Shown here: positions 30,135 to 40,159 of the stretch, one piece after another
Numbering within the stretch: position 1 is the first letter of the stretch
How the letters are laid out: each line of letters begins with the position of its first letter
NCBI GenBank assembly: GCA_043769275.1
Contig: JAYVJM010000091.1
Location: 1 to 58,557, forward strand
Direction of reading: 5' to 3'
DNA: 58,557 nt
DNA from: Cellvibrionales bacterium
Lineage (GTDB): Bacteria; Pseudomonadota; Gammaproteobacteria; Pseudomonadales; UBA7239
The notes under the pieces: generated by a model
What the model was told of the DNA's origin: nothing
Seen by the model: only the letters and a program-made list of their open reading frames with translations
Databases searched by the model: none
Translations under genes and position numbers: made by a program

Positions 30135-31457
30135 TTAACGGCCTAAAGATTCCACGTGCAGCCGCACAACAGGGCTCACAATGGAGGGCAGGGATTCTAG
30201 TTTTGCTACCGTTTCTAGGAGCGTTTTTTCTAGAACGATATCGGTTATCAATACGACACTGACATTTTTTTCGTTGCGATTGGGTTCTTTTTGAATCAAG
30301 GCTTCGATGCTGATACCGGCGGCACTTAAGTGGTGGGTAATTTCTGACATCACGCCGGGTTTGTCTGCCGCGACAAAGCGCAAGTAATAAGCAGAGTGGC
30401 ATTCTTCAATGGGCAGTATGTGACGTTCACGGATCGCTTCTGGCACAAAGCCCATATAAGGCACCGGTAGATGCTTGCCTTGCCCAATGCCGCCGTGCGT
30501 CAAAGCCCGTGCGATATCAACGATATCGGCAATCACGGCTGAGGCCGTCGCCTCGCTGCCTGCGCCGGCTCCGCTGTAAAGCGTGGAGCCTACTGCGTCA
30601 CCCATGATCATCACTGCGTTTTGTACGCCATCTACTTTGGCGATTAGGCACTCTTCTGGCACGAGTGTCGGGCAAACACGCAGCTCAACGCCTTCGGCTG
30701 TTTCGCGCGCAATCGCCAAATGTTTGATGCGATAACCAAGTTCTTCTGCATGGCGGATATCATTTTGTGTAATGCCGGTAATGCCTTCGGTGTGAATGCG
30801 GTCAATGGCCAGCGGCATGCCCAGCGCAATGGCAGCGAGGATGGCCAGCTTGTGTGCAGCGTCGATTCCTTCCACATCAAAGGTCGGATCCGCTTCTGCG
30901 TAGCCCAGTGCCTGTGCTTCTTTTAAGACATCCTCAAAGGTGCGGTTTTTGTCGCGCATTTCAGTAAGGATGAAATTAGTTGTGCCGTTGATGATGCCAG
31001 CAATCCATTCAATGCGGTTGGCGACTAGCCCGTCGCGCAAGGCTTTGACGACGGGAATGCCTCCTGCAACTGCCGCCTCGTAAGCTACAGCCACTTTTTT
31101 GGCAGCGGCGGCGGCGAAAATTTCTGCGCCGTGGTGAGCGATGAGCGCCTTGTTGGCCGTCACGACATGCTTGCCGTTTTCGATGGCGGTTAGCACTAGC
31201 TTACGCGCTACATCGGTGCCGCCTATTAGCTCGACGACGATATCCACAGCAGGGTCTTGCGCCACGGCAAAAACGTCGGTGCTGACGTTGATTTTTGATG
31301 TGTCGCAGCCGGCGTGCTGGCGGCGGCTGCCAACGTGTACGACCTTAATCTCGCAGCCGCTGCGCGCTGCAATCAGTGCTGCATTGCGCTCTAGTACTTT
31401 CCATACGCCGCTGCCAACCGTACCCAAACCACACAGCCCCACCGTTACTGTTTTCAT
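30135..31457 (-). CDS. hom: homoserine dehydrogenase
   Basis: NAD-binding GLCGLGTVGSG, the catalytic domain, and a C-terminal ACT domain. It lies 12 nt upstream of thrC. Confidence 0.92.
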   Translation of the reverse strand: MKTVTVGLCGLGTVGSGVWKVLERNAALIAARSGCEIKVVHVGSRRQHAGCDTSKINVSTDVFAVAQDPAVDIVVELIGGTDVARKLVLTAIENGKHVVTANKALIAHHGAEIFAAAAAKKVAVAYEAAVAGGIPVVKALRDGLVANRIEWIAGIINGTTNFILTEMRDKNRTFEDVLKEAQALGYAEADPTFDVEGIDAAHKLAILAAIALGMPLAIDRIHTEGITGITQNDIRHAEELGYRIKHLAIARETAEGVELRVCPTLVPEECLIAKVDGVQNAVMIMGDAVGSTLYSGAGAGSEATASAVIADIVDIARALTHGGIGQGKHLPVPYMGFVPEAIRERHILPIEECHSAYYLRFVAADKPGVMSEITHHLSAAGISIEALIQKEPNRNEKNVSVVLITDIVLEKTLLETVAKLESLPSIVSPVVRLHVESLGR

Positions 31458-31642
31458 GCACAACCCTCACACACCTAATCCGGCTTCGGACTAGAAAAGG
31501 CCGGCATTGTAACGCAGGAAAATCCTTGCAGGCTTTACGCTGTAGGCGATGCGTATTGTCTTTTCATGCCACAGCCGTGCAAAGTGGGTCGCTGTGCTTA
31601 ACTCATAAGAACGTTGACCCCTACGGTACAATCGCGCTCATT

Positions 31643-33247
31643 ATGCAAACGCAGACCGATTTTCTAGCGCAAGACGCTTCTCGGGATAATTACAATTTGC
31701 TGCGGATTTATGCGTGGTATCGCGCGCTGCTGGCCGGCAGTCTGCTGTGCCTATTTGCCCTAGGCATGAATTCCAATGTGTTGGGCACAACGCACCCTGT
31801 TGTCTATGGCTACACGGTCGTTTTTTACACAGGGCTGAATCTCCTGACCCTTGTGAATCTGCTTTGGAAGCGTACAGACCCTCCTGCGCGTCAGTTGTTT
31901 GTTGTTTGTTTGACGGACGTTATCGCACTTACGCTGATTGCGCACTGTAGCGGTGGGATCACCGGCAGTGTCGGCATGTTGATTTTTATCACCGTTGCGG
32001 TCAGCGGTATTTTTGTGCGGGGTGTGCCAGCGACATTGCTTGCAGGCCTCGCTTGCGTTGCCATCATTGTTGAAAACATTACAGATAACACCGACAAAAA
32101 CCCGTTAGCCGCTGTGCTGTTAAGCGTGCTGATTTTCGTCACATCCCAGTTGTTCCAGTATTTGACGCGCCGCATTTTAAAAAGCCAGAAAAATGCCGAA
32201 GAGCAAACGATGCAGGCGGAGTTAATGCAGCAGCTCAATCAACTGATTGTGCAGCGCATGAGTACAGGCATCGTTGTCGTGGACAACGAAACGCACGTGC
32301 TTCTTTACAACGCGGCCGCCGCCCGTCTTCTCAATCTGCCTCTAGCCTACGATGCGCGAACCCCGCTGTTTTTTAGTCAGATGCCCTTATTGCACGCGCG
32401 CTTACAAAGCTGGCAAGCGAACCCTTATCAGCGCACAGCGTTTGTGCAGCTTGACGAGGGTAGCCCTGAAATTCAGCTTGATTTTGCTAGCTTAGAATAC
32501 AAAGCAATAAAGTTGGTGCTTGTCTATGCAGAGGACACTCGCTTTTTGGCGCAGCGCGCTCAACAGCTCAAGCTGGCTTCTTTGGGGCAGCTCACGGCGA
32601 ATATTGCGCACGAAGTACGCAATCCATTGGGTGCGATAAGCCATGCCGCGCAGTTGCTAAATGAGTCGCCGCAACTATTTACCACCGATAAACGGCTGGC
32701 GAATATTATTCAAAATCATTCTATGCGCGTGAACGGCATTGTCGAAAATGTTTTGCAGCTTTCGCGTAGACAGGCCGCTCAGTTGGAGCTGCGCGATTTA
32801 GGGGTGTGGCTTGTACAATTTGCGCAGCGTTACCGGCAAAATCAAGTGCCGTCTTTTGAGCTTGAGTTGCGCATGCCCGAAGACGCGCTTCCTGTCACCG
32901 TGGACTTTAGCCAAATGGAACAGGTGTTAAGCAATTTGTGCGACAACGCAGCACGCCACAGCAAACAGAAAACAGGCTGCGCCAAGGTCACGCTGTACGC
33001 GTATTATCACAGCACGCTGAACATTGTCTGCTTGGATGTAGTTGACTACGGCGATGGCATCGCTGATAAATATCGTGCACGTATTTTCGAGCCGTTTTTT
33101 ACCACTGAAAGTCAGGGCACAGGCTTAGGGCTTTATATCGCCCGCGAGCTTTGCCAGGCGAGCCAAGCCAGCCTTGACTACAAGCGAGATGTCGATGGAC
33201 GGAGTTGTTTTCAAATCAGCTTCCAAACCCCCCACAAAGAGGCCTAA
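31643..33247 (+). CDS. pilS: type IV pilus sensor histidine kinase PilS
   Basis: About six N-terminal TM helices, H-box HEVRNPLGAI, N box DNAARH, and G boxes DYGDGI and GTGLGLYIAREL. It lies directly upstream of pilR. The track ORF start (31376) overlaps hom, so the ATG at 31643 was chosen. Confidence 0.82.
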   Translation: MQTQTDFLAQDASRDNYNLLRIYAWYRALLAGSLLCLFALGMNSNVLGTTHPVVYGYTVVFYTGLNLLTLVNLLWKRTDPPARQLFVVCLTDVIALTLIAHCSGGITGSVGMLIFITVAVSGIFVRGVPATLLAGLACVAIIVENITDNTDKNPLAAVLLSVLIFVTSQLFQYLTRRILKSQKNAEEQTMQAELMQQLNQLIVQRMSTGIVVVDNETHVLLYNAAAARLLNLPLAYDARTPLFFSQMPLLHARLQSWQANPYQRTAFVQLDEGSPEIQLDFASLEYKAIKLVLVYAEDTRFLAQRAQQLKLASLGQLTANIAHEVRNPLGAISHAAQLLNESPQLFTTDKRLANIIQNHSMRVNGIVENVLQLSRRQAAQLELRDLGVWLVQFAQRYRQNQVPSFELELRMPEDALPVTVDFSQMEQVLSNLCDNAARHSKQKTGCAKVTLYAYYHSTLNIVCLDVVDYGDGIADKYRARIFEPFFTTESQGTGLGLYIARELCQASQASLDYKRDVDGRSCFQISFQTPHKEA

Positions 33248-33255
33248 GGCAAGCC

Positions 33256-34653
33256 ATGTGCCCCTCTGCGATCCCCGTAAACAAAACGACACCAAAACCT
33301 ATGCCCATTGCGCTGATCGTCGATGACGAGCCAGACATTTGCGAGCTGCTAGAAATTACATTGGGGCGCATGCATTTACGTACGCGCAGTGCGGGCGATA
33401 TTAAAACCGCCAAGCAATTATTGCAGACCGAAAATGTCGCGCTGTGTTTGACGGATATGCAACTGCCCGATGGCAGCGGTATAACGCTGGTGCAGCATAT
33501 TCAAAGCCAGTATCCGCATATTCCTGTTGCCGTTATTACCGCTTTTGGCAGCATAGATGCGGCTATAGGCGCGCTTAAAGCGGGGGCTTTTGATTTCGTA
33601 TCAAAGCCTGTGCATCTCGAACAACTGCGCACACTGGTACATACTGCCCTTAATTTGCACACGCCGATAGCGCCCTCCGCGCTTCCAGACACCCAACTGC
33701 TCCAAGGTGATAGTGTCGCCATTATCAAATTGCGTGCCCAAATTGCGAAGCTGGCGCGCAGTTTGGCACCCATTTATATTCATGGAGAGTCTGGCAGCGG
33801 CAAAGAACTGGTGGCGCGTTCTATTCATCTGCAGGGGCCGCGTGCAGACAAGCCTTTTATTGCCGTGAACTGCGGCGCGATTCCAACAGAGCTCATGGAA
33901 AGCGAGTTTTTTGGGCACAAAAAAGGCAGCTTTACCGGTGCCAGTGCCGACAAGCAAGGGCTGTTTCAGGTCGCGCACGGGGGCACGCTTTTTTTGGATG
34001 AAGTGGCCGACTTGCCACTGGCAATGCAAGTAAAGCTGCTGCGTGTTATCCAAGAAAAAACTGTGCGACCCATTGGTGCCGAACAAGAAACCTCTGTTGA
34101 TGTGCGGCTGCTGAGTGCAACCCATAAAAATCTGGCTGAGGCGACAGCCGCAGGACGTTTTCGGCAAGACTTGTTCTATCGCATCAATGTGATAGAGCTG
34201 GTTGTTCCTGCGCTGCGCGAGCGAGGCATGGACATTTTAAAGCTGGCACACCGTATTCTTGAGCGTTTTGCGCTGGATATGCGCTTGCCGCCCGCACAGT
34301 TGAGCGAACAAGCGCAGGCGGTTTTGCTGGGTTATGCCTTTCCCGGCAATGTACGCGAGCTAGAAAACATATTGGAGCGAGCCTATACCTTGTGCGACGG
34401 CGCCATTATCAATAGCGATGATTTGCTGCTGGACGAAACGCGGGCAGATGCGGCACTGATCCCCTCAATCGACAGCATTGAAATCCCAGATGGCATTAGC
34501 GAGTTAGATGCCTATTTGGAGGCCGTTGAGCGAGAAATTATTACGCGGGCGTTGACGGCCAGTCGCTGGAATAAAACGCTGACTGCGCGAAATTTAGGTA
34601 TTTCGTTTCGGCAGCTACGTTACAGGTTGGACAAACTCAAGCTTGATGATTAA
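33256..34653 (+). CDS. pilR: sigma54-dependent response regulator PilR
   Basis: REC domain (LIVDDEPDICELLEITLGRM...LTDMQLPDGSG) that I recall closely matching P. aeruginosa PilR. AAA+ Walker A GESGSGKE, a GAFTGA-type loop GSFTGA, and a C-terminal HTH. Alternative ATG at 33301. Confidence 0.88.
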   Translation: MCPSAIPVNKTTPKPMPIALIVDDEPDICELLEITLGRMHLRTRSAGDIKTAKQLLQTENVALCLTDMQLPDGSGITLVQHIQSQYPHIPVAVITAFGSIDAAIGALKAGAFDFVSKPVHLEQLRTLVHTALNLHTPIAPSALPDTQLLQGDSVAIIKLRAQIAKLARSLAPIYIHGESGSGKELVARSIHLQGPRADKPFIAVNCGAIPTELMESEFFGHKKGSFTGASADKQGLFQVAHGGTLFLDEVADLPLAMQVKLLRVIQEKTVRPIGAEQETSVDVRLLSATHKNLAEATAAGRFRQDLFYRINVIELVVPALRERGMDILKLAHRILERFALDMRLPPAQLSEQAQAVLLGYAFPGNVRELENILERAYTLCDGAIINSDDLLLDETRADAALIPSIDSIEIPDGISELDAYLEAVEREIITRALTASRWNKTLTARNLGISFRQLRYRLDKLKLDD

Positions 34654-34736
34654 GTATTCGTGGCGTTGTTTTAAGGATTACATTGGATAGAATCGCTGCC
34701 GGAAAACACAACGATTCGTGGCAAAGGATTGCCTTT

Positions 34737-35309
34737 ATGCAGACAACTATTTTTCAGCGCGCCCATACCTTATTGGAATTGCTTGTAACACTGGCTTTTA
34801 TTGGTGTTTTATTAAGTTTGGCTGTGCCGGCGCTTGCACATATTTTACGGCAACAGCGGGCGAATACAGCGATTAACAGCATAGCCGGTGCCTTTCAGAC
34901 GGCACGAAATAGTGCCATTTCTCTTAAAGTGCCGGTTGTTTTTTGCGCTAAACAAGATGATGCGCTCTGCGGGCGTGATTGGCATAACGGTGCTTTGGTT
35001 TTTGTCGACAGAAACCGAAACAGTGTGGTGGATAGCGGTGAGCGTGTGCTGACGCAGCTTGCGGCATTTCCGGCTGGAAGCACTCTGCGCATTAGTACGT
35101 TTGGCAACCGGCAAAATTTGCGGTTTTCAGCACAGGGTTTTCTGGAAAACTACAGCGCAGGCAATATAGTCTTTTGTGCGGTGGAGGGAGATGCCCGCTA
35201 TGCGCGCAATGTGATTTTTGCGCGGATGGGGCGTTTTCGTTTTGGTGATGACGCAAATCATGATGGCTTTAACGAAGATGCGAACGGGCGAGCACTGACT
35301 TGCCCATAG
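34737..35309 (+). CDS. fimT: GspH/FimT-family minor pilin (FimT-like)
   Basis: Hydrophobic pilin N-terminus HTLLELLVTLAFIGVLLSLAVPAL followed by a GspH-like body (INSIAGAFQTARNSAIS...VVFC...ALVFVD). It lies downstream of pilSR. The ATG at 34737 has an AAGGA SD. Confidence 0.65.
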   Translation: MQTTIFQRAHTLLELLVTLAFIGVLLSLAVPALAHILRQQRANTAINSIAGAFQTARNSAISLKVPVVFCAKQDDALCGRDWHNGALVFVDRNRNSVVDSGERVLTQLAAFPAGSTLRISTFGNRQNLRFSAQGFLENYSAGNIVFCAVEGDARYARNVIFARMGRFRFGDDANHDGFNEDANGRALTCP

Positions 35310-35372
35310 GCCGCAGGCAGCGCATCCATGTGTATCAAGTTCTTGGCTTGGTGTATGATGTTCGCCTACTTT

Positions 35373-35396
35373 AGGCCGGATATTTCCGGCTTTTTT
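35373..35396 (+). terminator. rho-independent terminator after fimT
   Basis: GCCGGA-TATT-TCCGGC hairpin followed by TTTTTT (35391-35396). Confidence 0.65.
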
Positions 35397-35454
35397 GCGG
35401 CCAGCTTTTGTTGTCTGGCATGCCGCCGCGTTTGAATACACAGGGTTTAGGAAC

Positions 35455-36636
35455 ATGAGCATCGCTGATCGCTGGCTGCTGCCGGACGGCATCGAAGAGC
35501 TGTTGCCGACACAGGCAGGGCGCGCCGAGCGGCTGCGCAGGCAGCTAGTAGACCTTTATGCCACTTGGGGCTACCAACTGGTCATGCCGCCTTTGGTGGA
35601 GTTTACCGAGTCGCTGTTGATCAACGGGCATCACGATCTTGACTTGCAAACCTGTAGGCTCACCGACCAGCTTTCTGGTCGATTGATGGGCATACGCGCC
35701 GACATCACACCGCAAACAGCCCGTATTGACGCGCACTGTCTTAAGCACGAAGGCGTCACACGTTTGTGTTATGCCGGCAGCGTGTTGCATGCGCGCCCCA
35801 AAACCGCGTTAGCCTCACGTTCACCTATCCAGATGGGTTGTGAGCTATACGGAGCCACGGGAACAGAGGCAGACAGCGAAGTTGTTTCGCTGATGCTGGC
35901 CACGGTGCAGGCCGTCGGTATGGCGGACATCACGCTTGATCTTGGGCATGTGCGCATCTGCCGAGAATTGGCTTTATTTGCTGGCCTGAATGCCGAACAG
36001 CAAGAGGTTTTGTTCGATATTTTGCAGCGCAAAGCCACGGCAGATTTGCAGCATTTTGTACAGACATACGTTATGGATGCGCGTGCAGCCGCATTGTTGC
36101 TTGCGCTGCCTGCACTAAGCGGCGGCGTGGAGGTTTTGGTCAAAGCGCGTGCTGCTTTTGCAGCGGCACCGGCGGCGGTACATGCTGCAATTATTGAGCT
36201 GGAGCAATTGGCGGCCTGTCTCGTGCAGCGTTCGCCAGATGTGAACGTGTACATTGATCTCGCTGAACTGCGCGGTTATCACTACCACACGGGCGCGGTA
36301 TTTTCCGTGTATGTGAGCGGTGCCGGCGAAGCCATAGCCAACGGTGGCCGCTACGACGATTTTGGTGCAGCTTTTGGCCGCGCACGGCCAGCCAGCGGCT
36401 TTAGTTTTGATCTCAAGCACTTGCTGGACTTAAGCGACGACGATCCTGTAGAAAAAATGAGCATCTGGGTCGTGCTTGATGGCAGTGCAGCGCAGTGGCG
36501 GGCTATTCAGGCATTACGCACAGAAGGCGAGGTGGTTATTGCTGCCGGCGCGGCCGAAAAACAGCCCGCCGATTGCTTGCGTGAGCTGGTTCGTTGCGAC
36601 GATCAGTACACAGTGAGAGTGCTGTCGGCGGGCTAA
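35455..36636 (+). CDS. hisZ: ATP phosphoribosyltransferase regulatory subunit HisZ
   Basis: N-terminus MSIADRWLLPDGIEELLP and a HisRS-like class II core without an anticodon domain. The hisZ-purA pairing is conserved. The ATG at 35455 has an AGGA SD; the track start lies inside the fimT terminator. Confidence 0.88.
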   Translation: MSIADRWLLPDGIEELLPTQAGRAERLRRQLVDLYATWGYQLVMPPLVEFTESLLINGHHDLDLQTCRLTDQLSGRLMGIRADITPQTARIDAHCLKHEGVTRLCYAGSVLHARPKTALASRSPIQMGCELYGATGTEADSEVVSLMLATVQAVGMADITLDLGHVRICRELALFAGLNAEQQEVLFDILQRKATADLQHFVQTYVMDARAAALLLALPALSGGVEVLVKARAAFAAAPAAVHAAIIELEQLAACLVQRSPDVNVYIDLAELRGYHYHTGAVFSVYVSGAGEAIANGGRYDDFGAAFGRARPASGFSFDLKHLLDLSDDDPVEKMSIWVVLDGSAAQWRAIQALRTEGEVVIAAGAAEKQPADCLRELVRCDDQYTVRVLSAG

Positions 36637-36740
36637 TTGACTCTTGCAGTGTCCTTCAGCAGGCTCAGAACGAACGGTTTTATCTAGGGTGAATTCCATT
36701 CATGGTGAGTCTGTCGAGTCATAAATGGTGCGAAATCTAA

Positions 36741-38072
<1,332 letters not shown>

Positions 38073-38085
38073 GTGACAAAAAACC

Positions 38086-38907
38086 ATGCTCATTTACCCT
38101 GTTATTGATCCCATCATTGTGAGTTTCACCTTGCCTGTGATGGGGCTGGTCGCTATACGTTGGTACGGCGTGATGTACCTTCTGGGTTTGGCGTGCGCAT
38201 GGTGGCTGGCGCTGCGCCTTACGCGTGCGGGGCGCGCACCCACCCGCACCCGCGAGGAAGTGGATGATCTAATTTTCTATGCGGCGATGGGTGTGATTGT
38301 GGGCGGGCGTATCGGTTACGCGCTGTTCTATCAGTTTAATGAACTTTTGCACGACCCGCTGTTCCTATTCAAGATAACGCAGGGCGGCATGTCGTTTCAC
38401 GGCGGCCTGTTGGGCGTACTGCTGGCTATGTGGTTGTATGGCCGCAAAATCCACCAGCCTTTTTTTGCGATCACTGATTTTATCGCGCCGATGGTGCCAA
38501 TTGGCTTAGGTTTGGGGCGGCTGGGCAATTTTATCAATCAGGAGCTTTGGGGGCGAGCCACCGATGCGCAATGGGCAATGGTTTTTCCGTCAGACCCGCT
38601 ACATTTGGTGCGTCACCCGTCGCAGTTATACCAGTTTGCCTTGGAAGGCGTGTTGCTGTTTATTGTTCTGCACATTTACGCGTCGAAGCCGCGTGCGCTG
38701 GGCATGGTGTCGGGCTGGTTTTTGATTTTGTATGCATTGTTCCGTTTTGCGGTAGAGTTTTTTCGTGAGCCGGATGCGCAAATTGGTTTTGATTGGCTAG
38801 GCTGGATGACACGTGGGCAAGAGCTGTGCGTTCCCATGCTTATCGCCGGCATCGCCATTTGTATTTGGGCGTGCCATCGGAGTAAAAAACCGCACAGCAG
38901 AGGATAA
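38086..38907 (+). CDS. lgt: prolipoprotein diacylglyceryl transferase
   Basis: Polytopic protein with [13 protein letters not shown] and [13 protein letters not shown] motifs. The lgt-thyA pairing is conserved. Confidence 0.93.
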   Translation: MLIYPVIDPIIVSFTLPVMGLVAIRWYGVMYLLGLACAWWLALRLTRAGRAPTRTREEVDDLIFYAAMGVIVGGRIGYALFYQFNELLHDPLFLFKITQGGMSFHGGLLGVLLAMWLYGRKIHQPFFAITDFIAPMVPIGLGLGRLGNFINQELWGRATDAQWAMVFPSDPLHLVRHPSQLYQFALEGVLLFIVLHIYASKPRALGMVSGWFLILYALFRFAVEFFREPDAQIGFDWLGWMTRGQELCVPMLIAGIAICIWACHRSKKPHSRG

Positions 38908-38911
38908 GCCG

Positions 38912-39706
38912 ATGCAACTCTATTTAGACTTGCTGCGTGATCTACGCGACAACGGAACCGTCAAGACCGACCGCACCGGCACTGGCACGCGCAGCGTATT
39001 TGGGCATCAAATGCGCTTCAATCTTGCCGATGGTTTTCCGTTGCTCACCACTAAAAAGCTGCACTTGCGTTCGATCATTGTCGAGCTTTTGTGGTTTTTG
39101 CGCGGCGAGACTAACATCAAATACCTTAACGATAATGGCGTAAAAATATGGGATGAATGGGCCGATGTAAACGGCGATCTCGGCCCCGTGTACGGCCATC
39201 AATGGCGCTCATGGCCAGACGGGTGTGGCGGCACTATCGACCAGATCAGCCAAGTTATCGCGATGATTAAAAAAAGCCCCGACTCACGCCGCTTATTGGT
39301 GAGTGCGTGGAATGTGGCCGAAGTGAACCAAATGGCGATACCGCCTTGCCATACTTTGTTTCAGTTTTATGTGGCTGATGGCAAATTGTCTTGCCAGCTC
39401 TACCAGCGCAGTGCCGATATCTTCCTGGGCGTGCCGTTCAACATAGCCTCCTACGCATTGCTGACCTTGATGGTGGCGCAGGTCTGCGACCTGTTGCCTG
39501 GCGATTTTGTGCACACCTTTGGTGATGTTCATCTGTACAGCAATCATCTTGTGCAAGCAGAAGAGCAACTATCACGCAGCCCTCGCGCACTGCCCAAAAT
39601 GCATATCAACCCAGCAATCAAGGATGTTTTTGCTTTTCGGCTTGAAGATTTTGAGTTGCGTGATTACGAAGCGTTGCCAAATATTTCTGCGCCTGTAGCG
39701 GTGTGA
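38912..39706 (+). CDS. thyA: thymidylate synthase (ThyA type)
   Basis: [20 protein letters not shown], the catalytic [11 protein letters not shown], and [18 protein letters not shown]. 264 aa from the ATG at 38912. Confidence 0.96.
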   Translation: MQLYLDLLRDLRDNGTVKTDRTGTGTRSVFGHQMRFNLADGFPLLTTKKLHLRSIIVELLWFLRGETNIKYLNDNGVKIWDEWADVNGDLGPVYGHQWRSWPDGCGGTIDQISQVIAMIKKSPDSRRLLVSAWNVAEVNQMAIPPCHTLFQFYVADGKLSCQLYQRSADIFLGVPFNIASYALLTLMVAQVCDLLPGDFVHTFGDVHLYSNHLVQAEEQLSRSPRALPKMHINPAIKDVFAFRLEDFELRDYEALPNISAPVAV

Positions 39707-39707
39707 A

Positions 39708-40052
39708 TCAACGGCTTTTTTGCTGCCCGTGCTCACCTTGAGCTCGTCGACTGTGAGTGGTCAGTGCGTCGAACTGCATCTCGTGTGTGCAATGCCTCTC
39801 GGCCTCCTTGAAATCCTCGCCACTTTCTCCGGCAGCATCGTGTAGCTGGTCTTGCTGGGTATGGAACTTTTTTAAGAATCTCCTTTCAAAGGCTTGAGGT
39901 TTCGTTCTTAGCGCAAAGTTTGCTAGCACGTAACGGTATTGGATAAAGACTGTTTTTATTTGTTTAATCATCGCCGCAATTTTTTGTTCAGATTGTACAC
40001 ATGTTGTTGTTTTTTTGGCGTGTTTTTTTGTTTGTGTGGATAAATTAAGCAT
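39708..40052 (-). CDS. hypothetical small protein (orphan ORF, weak support)
   Basis: This is the only sizeable ORF in the 450-bp gap. I recognise no motif and its composition is low-complexity and basic. The listed 180-aa version would overlap the neighbouring gene start, so the ATG at 40052 (or 39971) is a guess. Confidence 0.25.
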   Translation of the reverse strand: MLNLSTQTKKHAKKTTTCVQSEQKIAAMIKQIKTVFIQYRYVLANFALRTKPQAFERRFLKKFHTQQDQLHDAAGESGEDFKEAERHCTHEMQFDALTTHSRRAQGEHGQQKSR

Positions 40053-40159
40053 CCCTTGGTTTTGATGCGAGATGGGTAACGCAAAAAACTGTTTTTCAGC
40101 GCGGCTTATCCAGGTTCGATAAAAAGCGAGCCACTTTAAATAATTGAGAGGAATTTGAA

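Noticed and set aside
31376-31642. 5' extension of the pilS ORF (the track start at 31376), overlapping the hom start on the opposite strand.
   Set aside because: The extension translates to non-homologous text and overlaps hom. The PilS-like membrane domain begins after the ATG at 31643.
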